Shown: in pieces, positions 28,970-39,655 of the stretch
Numbering within the stretch: the stretch's first letter is position 1
Layout of the letters: every line of letters starts with the position of its first letter
Source: an uncultured Desulfatitalea sp.
GTDB lineage: Bacteria; Desulfobacterota; Desulfobacteria; Desulfobacterales; Desulfosarcinaceae
Length of the DNA: 64,000 nucleotides
Direction: 5' to 3'
Assembly: GCA_963668675.2 (NCBI GenBank)
Contig: CAXXMB010000002.1
Location: 1,600,001-1,664,000 of the forward strand
Position numbers and translations under genes: made by a program
The notes under the pieces: model-generated
Seen by the model: the letters and a program-made list of their open reading frames with translations, nothing else
Told to the model about the DNA's origin: nothing
The model's database searches: none

Positions 28970-30157
28970 TCACTCTGTCCGTTCCTTAAAAATCCGTTCC
29001 GTCTCCTTCATGAAGGCCGTTATCGATGTGCTGTCAGCGGTCAAGGCGCGGGACGGTTTCAATCCCCGGTGATGATAACGTTTTCCATTGGGAGGCAATA
29101 AATAGCCGCTGGTGAAGATGAGCGCCGAACCGTCACTCAACTCGGCAACCTCTTGTGTCGTACCTTTACCGTAGCTTTTCAAACCAATGGATAGGGCTCG
29201 GCGGTTTTCCGTAAGGGCGGCGACGAAGACCTCTGCTGCGCTGGCCGTGTTCTCATTTTGCCAGATCACCAGCGGATAGGCCGTGTAGTATGCCGCGGTG
29301 GTGCTCCGATAGGGCTGGACCGCGTCGCGGGATTTAATCGTTACGATAGGCGCCCCTTTATTCAAAAAGAGCATGGCTGCATCGATGCTTTTAAAAAGGT
29401 CTCCTCCGGGATTGTCTCGCAAATCAAGCACCAGGCGTGTTCCCAGCGGCAGCTCTTCCAGTGCGTATTGCAGCTGCCGCTTGGTGCCGCTGTCAAAATA
29501 GTGAATCTTGACGATGGTCAGGCCGGACGCTTTTTCGACGGTCACCGAGTGGGTCTGAATCCGCTCTCTGACGACGTCGACCCGGTGCCGCCCCCCGCCC
29601 TTTTTGACAATCCATATGTTGACGCGCGTCCCGCCGGCTCCCATCAACCATGACGCCACGACATACACCGATTGGCCGGCCACCGACTGCCCGTCAATGG
29701 CGTCTATGCGGTCCCCCTTCTCAATCCCGGCCTGTTGGGCCGGAGAATCGGGCATGGGAAAGCAGACAATCTCTCCGGATTCACGCTTTTCGATCTCCAT
29801 ACCGACACCGGCGTAGTTGGCTTTATGCGATACCTGGAAGGCAGAAAACTCCTCTGGCAAAAGAAAGATGGCATTTGGATCATTGCGTTGTAAAAAGCGG
29901 TTCAACGCTACCGGGTCGTCCACGACAGATGGGATGTTTCCGTCATAAAAGAGGCCTTGGGCTTTGAACGTGGTCAAAGCCTCCACCAAAGCCGGCGCGG
30001 TGTCGCCCCGACCTTGAGAGATGGGTCTGCCGGTGGGGCTGTTTGCCTCCGGTCCTTTTTCAGAACAGGCGTCCGAAAAAACCATCAGCAACAGCCCGAT
30101 AAAAACCAGGCCGGTTGCTCGGGTAATGTCCGACACGGAGATCGTTGGGTGGGTCAT
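28970..30157 (-). CDS. S41 family C-terminal processing protease with PDZ domain
   Basis: GVGM PDZ loop, DLRDNPGG, TASAAE, SYGKG; start uncertain. Confidence 0.88.
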   Translation of the reverse strand: MTHPTISVSDITRATGLVFIGLLLMVFSDACSEKGPEANSPTGRPISQGRGDTAPALVEALTTFKAQGLFYDGNIPSVVDDPVALNRFLQRNDPNAIFLLPEEFSAFQVSHKANYAGVGMEIEKRESGEIVCFPMPDSPAQQAGIEKGDRIDAIDGQSVAGQSVYVVASWLMGAGGTRVNIWIVKKGGGRHRVDVVRERIQTHSVTVEKASGLTIVKIHYFDSGTKRQLQYALEELPLGTRLVLDLRDNPGGDLFKSIDAAMLFLNKGAPIVTIKSRDAVQPYRSTTAAYYTAYPLVIWQNENTASAAEVFVAALTENRRALSIGLKSYGKGTTQEVAELSDGSALIFTSGYLLPPNGKRYHHRGLKPSRALTADSTSITAFMKETERIFKERTE

Positions 30158-30176
30158 GGGAAGCCTGAACCGTCCT

Positions 30177-30641
30177 CTACTGTAGACGCTTTCGATGCTT
30201 GGATTTAAGCCCCAACAGCAGATAGTTGCGAATCTCCTGCTGCAGCTCCAGAATCTGCTGCTCCTTAGCCGCTTCAGCGTCACCAGACGCTGCCATTCGT
30301 GCCAACGATGCTTGTTTTGCCTCCAGTGCCTCGATCTCCTGATTGATCTCTTCGATCTCCTGACCCTGCTCCTCAGCCATGGCAGCCAGCTGCCGGTTTT
30401 GATGTATCATCTGGTCGAGTTCTCTGTTCAGCTGTTGGGCGGTCAGCCTGGTCCGGTCAAGCCTATCGACCAAAAGCGCCTGGTGCTTCCCAAGGCGCTC
30501 CCTCTGCGCCTCCAATTCTCTCAACTGGACCTCCTTCAAGGCGATCCGCCCCTCTGTTTCGCTGATCTCCTCTTGCATCTGCATGATTGTGCAGCCCATC
30601 AGAATGAACACGACAATGATTGGGATTGCAGCTTTTTGCAT
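30177..30641 (-). CDS. Coiled-coil lipoprotein
   Basis: Lipobox ILMGC followed by a heptad-rich Q/E/L helix. Confidence 0.7.
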   Translation of the reverse strand: MQKAAIPIIVVFILMGCTIMQMQEEISETEGRIALKEVQLRELEAQRERLGKHQALLVDRLDRTRLTAQQLNRELDQMIHQNRQLAAMAEEQGQEIEEINQEIEALEAKQASLARMAASGDAEAAKEQQILELQQEIRNYLLLGLKSKHRKRLQ

Positions 30642-30676
30642 GGTTCCTTCCCCTATCCAGCAGATCCGACAGCAGA

Positions 30677-31288
30677 TTATACTTTCACACGCTGGCTGAT
30701 GCCGGCCAATTTTTCTATATTGGTTTCAAGTCCGGCCAATTGCTCCTCCAGGGTCCTGATCTGCAGATCGAGCTCGCTCACTTTCGATGTCGACGTGTTT
30801 TCGGCCGAAAAGCTCCGCCGAAAGGCCTGGAGTTCAGCCAGTTCACTGTCCAGCCGCGCTTTGTCGTTCATGACCTTTTCATTGATTTGAGCCAACTGCG
30901 CCTTTTTGAGACGGCCCGCCGCCACCTCGTCCTCTATCTTTTCCAGATCCGCAATCAGCTTCTGGTTGTAGTGGCTGGTTTCGTCGTTGACGGCCTGAGC
31001 ATATTCAATGCGGGCGTCCAGATCGTTTTCACGCCCTTCCAATTTGGCCTTCTCCCTATTCAAGTGGGCTGCCAAGCCGTATCCGATGGCGCCGCCGATG
31101 GCGGCACCGATGACCGCGCCGGTCACGGTGCTCTCCGTGTCCTTTCCGAACACCTGGCCGATGAGCGCTCCGACGGCGGCCCCAATGGTCGCGCCTTCAC
31201 CCGCGGCTTTCTTCTCCTGGGACATGCCGCTGCACGCTGTGAATAAAAGCAAGCAGGCAATTAAAATGGCAGCAATCGGTCTGTTCAT
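30677..31288 (-). CDS. Glycine-zipper lipoprotein with coiled-coil C-terminus
   Basis: GGAGG RBS, lipobox FTAC, GATIGAAVGALIG and GAVIGAAIGGAIG. Confidence 0.8.
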   Translation of the reverse strand: MNRPIAAILIACLLLFTACSGMSQEKKAAGEGATIGAAVGALIGQVFGKDTESTVTGAVIGAAIGGAIGYGLAAHLNREKAKLEGRENDLDARIEYAQAVNDETSHYNQKLIADLEKIEDEVAAGRLKKAQLAQINEKVMNDKARLDSELAELQAFRRSFSAENTSTSKVSELDLQIRTLEEQLAGLETNIEKLAGISQRVKV

Positions 31289-31335
31289 CTTTTCCTCCCT
31301 GGACATCCTGTACAGCGATGATGGTGATAAGAGGG

Positions 31336-33168
31336 TCAGCAAAATTTTCGAATGGCCTCTTTCCACGCCTCTATGGAAACGGCCTGGCCTGCGAATTCGT
31401 TGAAATGGCGCCACACCACAGCGAGGTTGTCCAGGCTGCCCCCTTTGTGCTGCAGTGTCTGAACATATTTCTGGTAGGCGGCATCTCGAATCGCCGGACG
31501 GATCGCCTTTAACTCTCTGAAGGTTTCGACATACTTTGCAAATCCGTCATCGATGTTCTGCACCAGCTCGGCGATTTGATTCCGATAGGCGGTGGTAAGG
31601 GCACTGTCTCCAATGGATTCTGCAATCCCAAGGTTCGCTTCGCTGGCGGCCATATCGTTTAGATCCCGACATATGTAAGCCGCCGTCTGGTAGGCCTTCC
31701 GAATGGCGTCATAGGCGATCCGCGGCATCTCATCCGTCCTCGGCAGATCGACATTCAAATCGCTCTTCTTATGCTTCTGAATGGTGACAGTGCGCGCAAA
31801 ATCTTCAAAGCCCTCCATCTTGATGACCACGTCATACGCGCCGGGTGACAGCGATATTTCGAATGGAGAAAGCCCGCTCGGCTCACCGCCGATGAAAACC
31901 TCCGCAGCCTCAGGCGTTGTCGTCACAACCAAGGTTCCGGGCCAGGGAACAAAAAGGTAGGCCAGGATCAATGCCGCGGCCAAGGCGAATGCGGTTGCCC
32001 AGATCTTGGTGAAACGGCTCTTCATGGACAGTGTCCGGCCGCACGAAACGCACTTTTCACCTTTGAGGTGGTACTTGTCCCGAACCCGGTTTATGGTCTT
32101 GCATTTGCGGCATTCAAGATGGGTCTGACGCTCATACGCTTCGATCCGGCTGATAATCTCCTGGCAGTCCTTAAAGCGGTCTTCAGGCCGCCATTCCATG
32201 CACTTGGCGACAATTTCAGCCAATTCCGGCGCACAGTCAGATGTGGCGGTCAGCACCTCCCCCACATCCATATCGAAGCGCGTGCCGTCATCCGGTTTGC
32301 CGTCGTAGGGTTTGCGGCCGGTGAACATCTCGAACATCACGATGCCCATGGAGTAGATATCGGTGCGATGATCCATGGTTTCCGGACGATTTAACTGTTC
32401 GGGACTCATGTAAAGCGGCGAGCCGGCCACATCGATTTGCTTCGTTTTGTCGCCGACCAGGAAGGCGATGCCGAAATCCATCAAATTGGCACGATGGTCG
32501 TCGGCGATCATGATGTTCGAAGGTTTGATATCGCGGTGAATGATCCCTTTGCTGTGCGCATGGTGAAGGCTCTGCAACACATCCTTGGCAATTGAAAGCA
32601 GCTCCTCTTCGCCAAGCTGCCGCTCCTTTATCAGCTGGTTCAGCCCTTTGCCCTGCATGTACTCCATGACCAGGTAGAAATGGCCGCCTTCGGAAATATA
32701 GTCGGTCACCTGAATGATGTTGGGATGCTGGAGCAGCGCCTGGGTTCTGGCCTCCTGATTGAAGCGCGCAAGGAAATCGGGGTCGTGCGTATATTTTGAT
32801 CGAATCGATTTGATGGCAAAGCGCTTGTTCAGATGCAGATGTTCCGCCTCGTAGACAATACCCATTCCGCCGTCGCCGATTTTTCGCAACACCTTGAACT
32901 TGTTCTCTATGGTGCGGCCGATAATCGAATTTTCGGGCGCACCGGGTTGGCGCATCTCCTCGACCAGGGCTTGGTAGGTCCTGGTTCCGGCAAAAATTGT
33001 CTGTGGATCATCCGGGTCGGCATTGGCAGGCGGTGCGGTTGCAGGAGACCTTTGGGCCTCGGAGCGGGGATTCTCCGTAATGTTTTTTTCCGCATCGGGG
33101 CGTTCACCCCCCTGCGGTCGCCCATTGTTTTCGTTGCTACCGTTTTCTATGATCGGTTTATCAACCAT
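31336..33168 (-). CDS. Hanks-type Ser/Thr protein kinase with Zn-ribbon, TM and PEGA domain
   Basis: GDGGMG, AIK, HRDIKPSN, DFG, YMSPE; CRKC...CVSC; TM; TTPEAAEVFIGG...G.SP. Confidence 0.92.
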   Translation of the reverse strand: MVDKPIIENGSNENNGRPQGGERPDAEKNITENPRSEAQRSPATAPPANADPDDPQTIFAGTRTYQALVEEMRQPGAPENSIIGRTIENKFKVLRKIGDGGMGIVYEAEHLHLNKRFAIKSIRSKYTHDPDFLARFNQEARTQALLQHPNIIQVTDYISEGGHFYLVMEYMQGKGLNQLIKERQLGEEELLSIAKDVLQSLHHAHSKGIIHRDIKPSNIMIADDHRANLMDFGIAFLVGDKTKQIDVAGSPLYMSPEQLNRPETMDHRTDIYSMGIVMFEMFTGRKPYDGKPDDGTRFDMDVGEVLTATSDCAPELAEIVAKCMEWRPEDRFKDCQEIISRIEAYERQTHLECRKCKTINRVRDKYHLKGEKCVSCGRTLSMKSRFTKIWATAFALAAALILAYLFVPWPGTLVVTTTPEAAEVFIGGEPSGLSPFEISLSPGAYDVVIKMEGFEDFARTVTIQKHKKSDLNVDLPRTDEMPRIAYDAIRKAYQTAAYICRDLNDMAASEANLGIAESIGDSALTTAYRNQIAELVQNIDDGFAKYVETFRELKAIRPAIRDAAYQKYVQTLQHKGGSLDNLAVVWRHFNEFAGQAVSIEAWKEAIRKFC

Positions 33169-33528
33169 TTCATATCTTATACACGGAAAATATGGGGTTC
33201 AAAAGAACGCTTTAACCTTTTTAATCCTGTAACCATATTTAGATCAATACCTGATAGATAAATCAGAGGAAAACGAATTCACTACGTGCTCTTTCCCAAG
33301 TTGGAATTACCATCCCAAACTGATGTTATAAAAAAGCCGGCCGATGCAAATCTCTACCATATTCGGCAAGCAAAAATCACTTGCCCTGGGCAACTGGATC
33401 ATAGACACTATAGGCATCTTTGGAATCGGATTTGCCGGCCCCATCCGACCGGGTCGGCCTATCGTTTTGGACCGCTGATCCTGCGGCCGGTCAGATGCAC
33501 GAGACATGACACGATGGTAGAAACGGCG

Positions 33529-34419
33529 ATGAAAAGCGTATCTTTGGTTCTTGGCAGCGGTGGGGCTAGAGGGCTGGCCCATATTGGTGTTATTCATTAC
33601 CTCAAAGACAATGGTTATGACATCCGCTCGATCGCAGGGTCCTCGATTGGTGCACTCATCGGCGGCATCTTTGCAGCCGGAAAGCTGGATGAATATGAAC
33701 AATGGGTGCGCGCTATCACCAAAGTCCACATCGTCACCTTGCTGGATCTCTCATGGGGAAAGAGCGGGCTGGTCAAAGGTGACAAAATTATCAACACCTT
33801 AATCGATCTCGTGGGAGACCGAATGATAGAGGATCTCCCCATTCAATTTACGGCGGTCGCAACGGACGTGAAGCACCAAAAAGAGATCTGGATAAAGTCA
33901 GGCAGGCTCTTTGATGCGATCAGGGCGTCTATGTCGATACCGCTTCTTTTTACGCCATTCAAACACGGGGGCATCGATCTTATCGATGGAGGGATTTTGA
34001 ATCCTGTGCCCGTTGCGCCGACGATCGGTGACAGCAGCGATATGATTCTTGCGGTAAGTTTGAACGGTCCGGCCGACATGCCAGAGGAAGTGAATGCCTT
34101 GGATTCGGCCCCTGCACCCCACTCTTCCCCGCTGAACGAAAAGGTCAATCGTTTCATAAGCCGCTTGCAGCGATCTGCAACCCACGCCAATGGACGGGAT
34201 TGGGGGGTGTATGATATTGCGATGCAGTCGTTTGAAGCGATACAGAGCGCCCTGGCGCGGCAAAAACTCGCAGCCTATCCGCCTGATGCCATCATCGAGA
34301 TTTCAAGGAACGCATGTCGAACCTTAGAGTTCGATCGCGCATCGGAGATGATTGAATTGGGATACAGAAGGGCACAAGAATGTCTGTCGCGGCACGCGTG
34401 CCAAGAGCGAATCGTTTGA
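33529..34419 (+). CDS. Patatin-like phospholipase (RssA/YchK-like)
   Basis: GSGGARG, GSSIG, DGG; start at 33529 or 33514. Confidence 0.9.
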   Translation: MKSVSLVLGSGGARGLAHIGVIHYLKDNGYDIRSIAGSSIGALIGGIFAAGKLDEYEQWVRAITKVHIVTLLDLSWGKSGLVKGDKIINTLIDLVGDRMIEDLPIQFTAVATDVKHQKEIWIKSGRLFDAIRASMSIPLLFTPFKHGGIDLIDGGILNPVPVAPTIGDSSDMILAVSLNGPADMPEEVNALDSAPAPHSSPLNEKVNRFISRLQRSATHANGRDWGVYDIAMQSFEAIQSALARQKLAAYPPDAIIEISRNACRTLEFDRASEMIELGYRRAQECLSRHACQERIV

Positions 34420-34740
34420 TGCCAGAAGCTGTGGGGTTCGGCGTTTTGGCCTTTGCCGTGCAATTGTTGCTGATGCCGCGAGTCACACAAGCCGCCCGCA
34501 ATGATCGTCGCCTGGGTGGTCTGGTTCGCCGCCATCGTCGCAGCCGTTCTCTGTGCCCCGGGACTTGCCTCTTTTGCCTGTGCCGCCGCCACACGCTATT
34601 CAAACGGTTGGGGTGTGCCGCCATCCGCAGGGACCGCCGGGGTTGATCGATGCAGAACGAGGAGCTAAAGGGGCCGCAACGCGCGACCGCAGCCCGTAAC
34701 GCCCATTCAATTATGAAAATCTATCCATCCACAAGGAGAA

Positions 34741-37700
34741 TTGATGAGGTCACGTCTAATCGGCTCGATAAAAGATCTTTCCTTGAGGACAAAAATGATT
34801 TTAGGCGGGACTCTGATTATCATCATTCCCATTATCGTTATCGGCACGATTACCTATATACAATCTTCCCGCGCGTCAGAAAGCGCGGCCAGAACGCAGT
34901 TGCTCCAAATCGCAAAGAGCCTTTCAGGAATGATTCAGATGGTTCTGCGAAAGGACCTTGAGAACATAAATGCCATTGCTTCCGATCCCCAGATCATCAG
35001 GGCAATTGCGAATGAAGAGAAGGTAACCGCACGCGCTAAATTGGCAGAGCTGTATACGATAGCAGGGTCGGACTATGAGGGGCTGACGATCTTTAACAAG
35101 GATGGCACTATCTACAGCGACGGTGTAGACCCGAAGCGCGAGGGTATCTCAATCAAGGATAGAACCTATTACCGGGATGCGAGAAACGGCAATGGTGGTG
35201 TATATCCGGTCGTGCTATCCAAGGCGACCGGCGCTCCGGTCTTCATGATCAGCGCAGCGCTGACATCGGAGGATGGAGAATTTATCGGCGGCGTGATGGG
35301 TGTCGTCAAAATCGATTTCCTGCTGAACTTCATCTCTTCCATCAAAATTGGAAAAACCGGATATGCCTTCATACTCAACCGGCAAGGCGTGATGATCGCC
35401 CATCCTGACAAAAAGAACATCCTGGCATTAGATGTATATAATGAAGCCGGCCTTGAAAACCTTGCAGATGAACTCCACCGCCGTTCAAGCGGGGCCGGGG
35501 AATATATATATGAAGGCAAAACAAAAATCGGCGGATTTGCGCCGATCGAAATTTCGGGCTGGACCATCGGCGTTTCCCAAAACAAAGAGGAGATCATGTC
35601 TCCGGCCCTCAGCCACGTTAAGTTCATTCTGCTTGTCTGCGGTTTTTTTACACTATTGGCGGGCGTAGCGGTATTCATTTTCTCCGACAGACTCAGCATT
35701 CCGGTACAACAAAAGTTGAGCTTCCTGAATCAGGCACTGGATCAGGTGATGGAGGCCACCCAGGCGGGCATCTGGGAAGCCAATCCCTCGGTGAAAAAGA
35801 TCTTCATGAGCGACCAGTGGTACGCCACGCTCGGCTATTCCACAGAGCAAAAGGACCCCTCCTTTGAGGTGATGGCGGAATTTATTCATCCGGAGGACCG
35901 GTCTATCGCACGCCGGACAATGGAGGACTATATCGCCAGCGGCGGAAAGGATCGGTACGAAGCGGAGTTCCGCCTGCGCAAGGAGGACGGAACCTGGTGT
36001 TGGGTATTGTCCAAAGCCAAAGCGGTCAGTTGGGATAAGAGCGGTGCGCCCGAACGCATCATCGGATTGGACATCAATATTCAAAGTGTCAAGGACGCAC
36101 AGATCAAGCTGGCGCAAAGCGAAGCGAAATTTCGCGCCATTTTCGACCATGCCCCATACGCCATCTCGATCAGCCGACTTGAGGACGGCCAATACCTCGA
36201 AGCGAACAACGTGTTTATGCAAGAAAGGGGGATCACCAAAGAGGAGCTGCTCAGCGGCAGAATCTTGGACTATGCCGTACTTTCGGAAGAGGAAGCCCAA
36301 TCCCTCGTTGACCAATTATTGAGAGAAGGCGCCATCAAGAATCATGAAGCAGCGATCAGAGTGAACGACGATCATCTCGCCCATGTCATCTACTCGGCGA
36401 CGTTGCTGGAACTCGAAGGGCAGCAACATATCCTTGCCATGGTGGTGGATGTTACGGAAAGAAAGAGGGCCGAAGAGGCACTCAAGGAGAGTGAAGCCCG
36501 CTTTCGAACCCTCTTCCGAATGGCGCCTTTGCCGTTGGCTGAAATCTCTGGAAATGAAGTCATTGAAATTAACGACCGCTTCAGCACGATCTTAGGATAC
36601 ACACTGGGGGATTTACCGACGCTGGACCATTGGTGGAGAAACGCCTTTCCGGATCCGGATTACCGAACCTGGGCTACAGGGAATTGGAATCGCCAGGTCG
36701 AAAAGGCCCTCGAAGCGGGCACCGATGATGTTCAGCCCGGCGAATTCAAGGTGACCGATAAAAACGGCAACGCCCACACCATGATTATCGGCGCCAGTAT
36801 GATCGGTCAGCGAATACTCGTTAGCCTTTTCGATATTACCGATCGCAAACGCGAGGAGGCGGCCCGCATTGAGAGCCTGGAGCTCCTCAGGGCCACATTG
36901 AACGCCACCCCCGACGGGATCATGGTGGTCAACAATGATCTTAAAGTGACGCAGGCCAACCGGCAGCTATACCAGATGTGGCGTATTCCGGATGCGCTGC
37001 ACGCGCCGGTCGATGAAGCCGCGCTGAGGGAGTTTGTCCTCGACCAGCTCGAAGATCCGGCCGGCTTCGTGGAGATGCTCGAGAAGCTCTACAATTCCCA
37101 ACTTAAGAATGTGAACGAAATCGCTTTCAAGGACGGCAGGGTGTTCGAAAGCTACTCCGCACCAATGGTGTTGAATGAAAACGAAATCGGAAGGGTTTGG
37201 GATTTCCGGGATACGACCAAACGGAAACAGGCCGAAGCGGAGCGTGAAAAGCTGCAGGGACAATTGCTGCGCGCCCAAAAGCTGGAAGCGATCGGCATTC
37301 TTGCCGGCGGCGTGGCCCACGATTTCAACAACATTCTTGGGGCCATCATGGGGTATACCGAGCTCACCCTGAAAGGGATGAGCACCAAGGACCCTTTTCG
37401 CGGCAATCTTTCAAAAATCCTCGACGCGGCCCAACGCTCCGCCGCCCTGATTCGGCAACTGCTTATCTTCGCACGCAAACATAGCGTAACACCGGTGCTC
37501 ATTAACCTGAACGCCGCAGTTAAAAACATGCTGCAGATGTTGCAGCGGTTGATCGGAGAGAACATCGAACTGACCTGGCTGCCCGCCGAAGCCTCCTGTA
37601 CCGTCAGAATGGATCCTTCCCAACTTGACCAGATACTGGCCAACTTATGTGTCAATGCCAGAGACGCCATCGCCGATATTGGCCGGATCACCATCAAATC

Positions 37701-38400
37701 CGACGTGGTTTCTTTTGATGAGACGACATGCCGCATCAATGTCGATTGCGTGCCGGGGGATTACATCCAGTTGACCGTTATTGACAACGGCTGCGGAATT
37801 GAAAAAGAGGCCGCCCAGCACATTTTTGAACCTTTTTTCACCACCAAAGCCGTTGGCAAGGGCACGGGGCTGGGGCTCTCCATCGTGTATGGTATTGTTA
37901 AGGAAAACAATGGCTTTATCAACTTTTACAGCGAACCGGCCATGGGAACCACATTCAATATCTTTCTGCCGTTTCATGCGAGCGGCGCTGCGAAGGAGCA
38001 AACACTAACAGATGGTGACATTCCCTGCGGCCAGGGCGAAACCATTCTGATGGTCGAAGACGACCCAACGTTCATGGATATGGGCAAGGTAATGCTCGAA
38101 TTCTTAGGCTATGAGGTCTTATCGGCCGCGACACCAAATGAAGCTTTGACTCTTGTCGGGAACTGTGACAGCGAAATCCACCTGTTTATCAGCGATGTGG
38201 TCATGCCGGAGATGAACGGCAGGGAACTGATCGATCGCCTCCTTGAGATTCGACCAGGGGTCAAACATCTTTTTATGTCCGGCTACGCAGCGGATGTCAT
38301 CGTAGATCGGGGCATTATGAATCGATGCGGAAATTTCATTCAGAAACCATTCACATTGAAAGAGATGGCCGTCAATGTTCGCAAAATTTTGGAATCATAG
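34741..38400 (+). CDS. Cache/multi-PAS hybrid sensor histidine kinase
   Basis: TM-Cache-TM (IGKTGYAFILN..G..IAHPD), several PAS domains, AHDFNN, FTTK..GKGTGLGL, C-terminal receiver. Confidence 0.92.
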   Translation: MMRSRLIGSIKDLSLRTKMILGGTLIIIIPIIVIGTITYIQSSRASESAARTQLLQIAKSLSGMIQMVLRKDLENINAIASDPQIIRAIANEEKVTARAKLAELYTIAGSDYEGLTIFNKDGTIYSDGVDPKREGISIKDRTYYRDARNGNGGVYPVVLSKATGAPVFMISAALTSEDGEFIGGVMGVVKIDFLLNFISSIKIGKTGYAFILNRQGVMIAHPDKKNILALDVYNEAGLENLADELHRRSSGAGEYIYEGKTKIGGFAPIEISGWTIGVSQNKEEIMSPALSHVKFILLVCGFFTLLAGVAVFIFSDRLSIPVQQKLSFLNQALDQVMEATQAGIWEANPSVKKIFMSDQWYATLGYSTEQKDPSFEVMAEFIHPEDRSIARRTMEDYIASGGKDRYEAEFRLRKEDGTWCWVLSKAKAVSWDKSGAPERIIGLDINIQSVKDAQIKLAQSEAKFRAIFDHAPYAISISRLEDGQYLEANNVFMQERGITKEELLSGRILDYAVLSEEEAQSLVDQLLREGAIKNHEAAIRVNDDHLAHVIYSATLLELEGQQHILAMVVDVTERKRAEEALKESEARFRTLFRMAPLPLAEISGNEVIEINDRFSTILGYTLGDLPTLDHWWRNAFPDPDYRTWATGNWNRQVEKALEAGTDDVQPGEFKVTDKNGNAHTMIIGASMIGQRILVSLFDITDRKREEAARIESLELLRATLNATPDGIMVVNNDLKVTQANRQLYQMWRIPDALHAPVDEAALREFVLDQLEDPAGFVEMLEKLYNSQLKNVNEIAFKDGRVFESYSAPMVLNENEIGRVWDFRDTTKRKQAEAEREKLQGQLLRAQKLEAIGILAGGVAHDFNNILGAIMGYTELTLKGMSTKDPFRGNLSKILDAAQRSAALIRQLLIFARKHSVTPVLINLNAAVKNMLQMLQRLIGENIELTWLPAEASCTVRMDPSQLDQILANLCVNARDAIADIGRITIKSDVVSFDETTCRINVDCVPGDYIQLTVIDNGCGIEKEAAQHIFEPFFTTKAVGKGTGLGLSIVYGIVKENNGFINFYSEPAMGTTFNIFLPFHASGAAKEQTLTDGDIPCGQGETILMVEDDPTFMDMGKVMLEFLGYEVLSAATPNEALTLVGNCDSEIHLFISDVVMPEMNGRELIDRLLEIRPGVKHLFMSGYAADVIVDRGIMNRCGNFIQKPFTLKEMAVNVRKILES

Positions 38401-38448
38401 AGAATATAGGACTCCCACGCGCTTCCCATGAATGCGGTAGGTTAAAGG

Positions 38449-39597
38449 CTATGGTCTTATCTCCACGGGGGTCCCGTTGGGAACCAGCCGCGCTATTTCC
38501 TCCATCTCCTTGTTGGTCACAGCGATGCAGCCTTCGGTCCAGTCAATCTCCGTGTGAAATTCACCGACCCAGGAGAGGCCATTTTTAACGCCATGGATCA
38601 TGATATCGCCGCCCGGAGAGACGCCCAGAGCTTCGGCGCGTTTTTTGTCTCTCTCATTAGGGTAGGAAATGCGAAGAGAGAGATGGTAGTCGCTATGCCT
38701 GTTCCTGGATTCGATGGTATAGTTTCCCTCCGGGGTTTTGTTGTCGCCCTCCCTCTCTTTTGGGCCGACCGGATTTCCGCCCAGCGCAATTCTGTAGGTT
38801 TTGATCGCTTCGCCCTTTGAGATCAGCGTCAGCCGCCTCCTTTTCTTCTCGATCAAAACCTTGTCCGCCGGTTCCGTCCGGAGGTCGAAAACCTTCTGCT
38901 CTAACGTTCCGATCTTTTTTTGCAGGGCGATAATCTCATGCTCTCGGGACTTGATCTCCCGACGGTAGGCGTTAATCTGTGCCTGCTGCGCTGCAATCAA
39001 GCGGTCCTTGACGATGACATTTTGGATCTGGAGCATCAGCATCTGGCTGTCGCGCCGGTAGTCACTGCCCGGAAAATCACTGATGATTTTTCGGAAGCAT
39101 TCCAGTGCCTTCTGATAGCTTTTGCGTTCGTTTCCGGGATGAGCATAGATAATCCCCATCTCGAAAAGCACCCGGTCCGCAGTTTCGGGCTCCTCTTCGA
39201 TAACTTTCTCGTATTTGCCGAGGGAGGCCTCGTAATTTCCCTGAGCGAAGAAATCATTGGCTTCCAAGGAGATCGATTCGGCCGAAGAGCCCTCACTGCT
39301 ATGGCTGCATCCGGTAGTGAATAATGCAGTCAGCAGAATGCAAATTATTAGTCCGGCAATTATAGAGACCAAATCCGTCTTTCCGGCGAAAGCCGGAAAC
39401 CAGCGGTCTACTCTGGATGCCGGTTCACGTCCGGCATGACGGTTTTGCCTAATGTGTTGCCGCTTTAAGAAGAGAAGGCGTAGATACGCGCCATTCCCGT
39501 TCGGCCTTATGCTGGTAGTCGTCATCGTGCCTGTTGGAAAGTTACCGGATGGTCTCAAAACAAGTCCTTTTCCGGATTGATCCGCAGTCCACACCAT
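38449..39597 (-). CDS. YkuD-domain protein of the YafK/DpaA-like type with TPR and coiled coil, probable lipoprotein; start uncertain
   Basis: GPK..EGD.KTPEG.Y, ISYPN, GGDIMIHG, WTEGCIAV; TPR-like segment; FTTGC lipobox. Confidence 0.8.
   Translation of the reverse strand: MVWTADQSGKGLVLRPSGNFPTGTMTTTSIRPNGNGAYLRLLFLKRQHIRQNRHAGREPASRVDRWFPAFAGKTDLVSIIAGLIICILLTALFTTGCSHSSEGSSAESISLEANDFFAQGNYEASLGKYEKVIEEEPETADRVLFEMGIIYAHPGNERKSYQKALECFRKIISDFPGSDYRRDSQMLMLQIQNVIVKDRLIAAQQAQINAYRREIKSREHEIIALQKKIGTLEQKVFDLRTEPADKVLIEKKRRRLTLISKGEAIKTYRIALGGNPVGPKEREGDNKTPEGNYTIESRNRHSDYHLSLRISYPNERDKKRAEALGVSPGGDIMIHGVKNGLSWVGEFHTEIDWTEGCIAVTNKEMEEIARLVPNGTPVEIRP
39376..39441. repeat. GTCAT-CCGG-type palindromic repeat pair (66 bp)
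   Basis: CGTCTTTCCGGCGAAAGCCGGAAACCAG...CTGGATGCCGGTTCACGTCCGGCATGACG; related copies at 41886, 53931 and 58601. Confidence 0.75.
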
Positions 39598-39655
39598 GCG
39601 GGAAATGGAGAAAAAGGAAGTGATCGGTTTTGCAATCCGACCACTTCCTTTCAGT

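Noticed and set aside
34420..34740. Short hydrophobic ORF fragments between the patatin and kinase genes
   Set aside because: No RBS or family motif I can support; possibly a decayed gene
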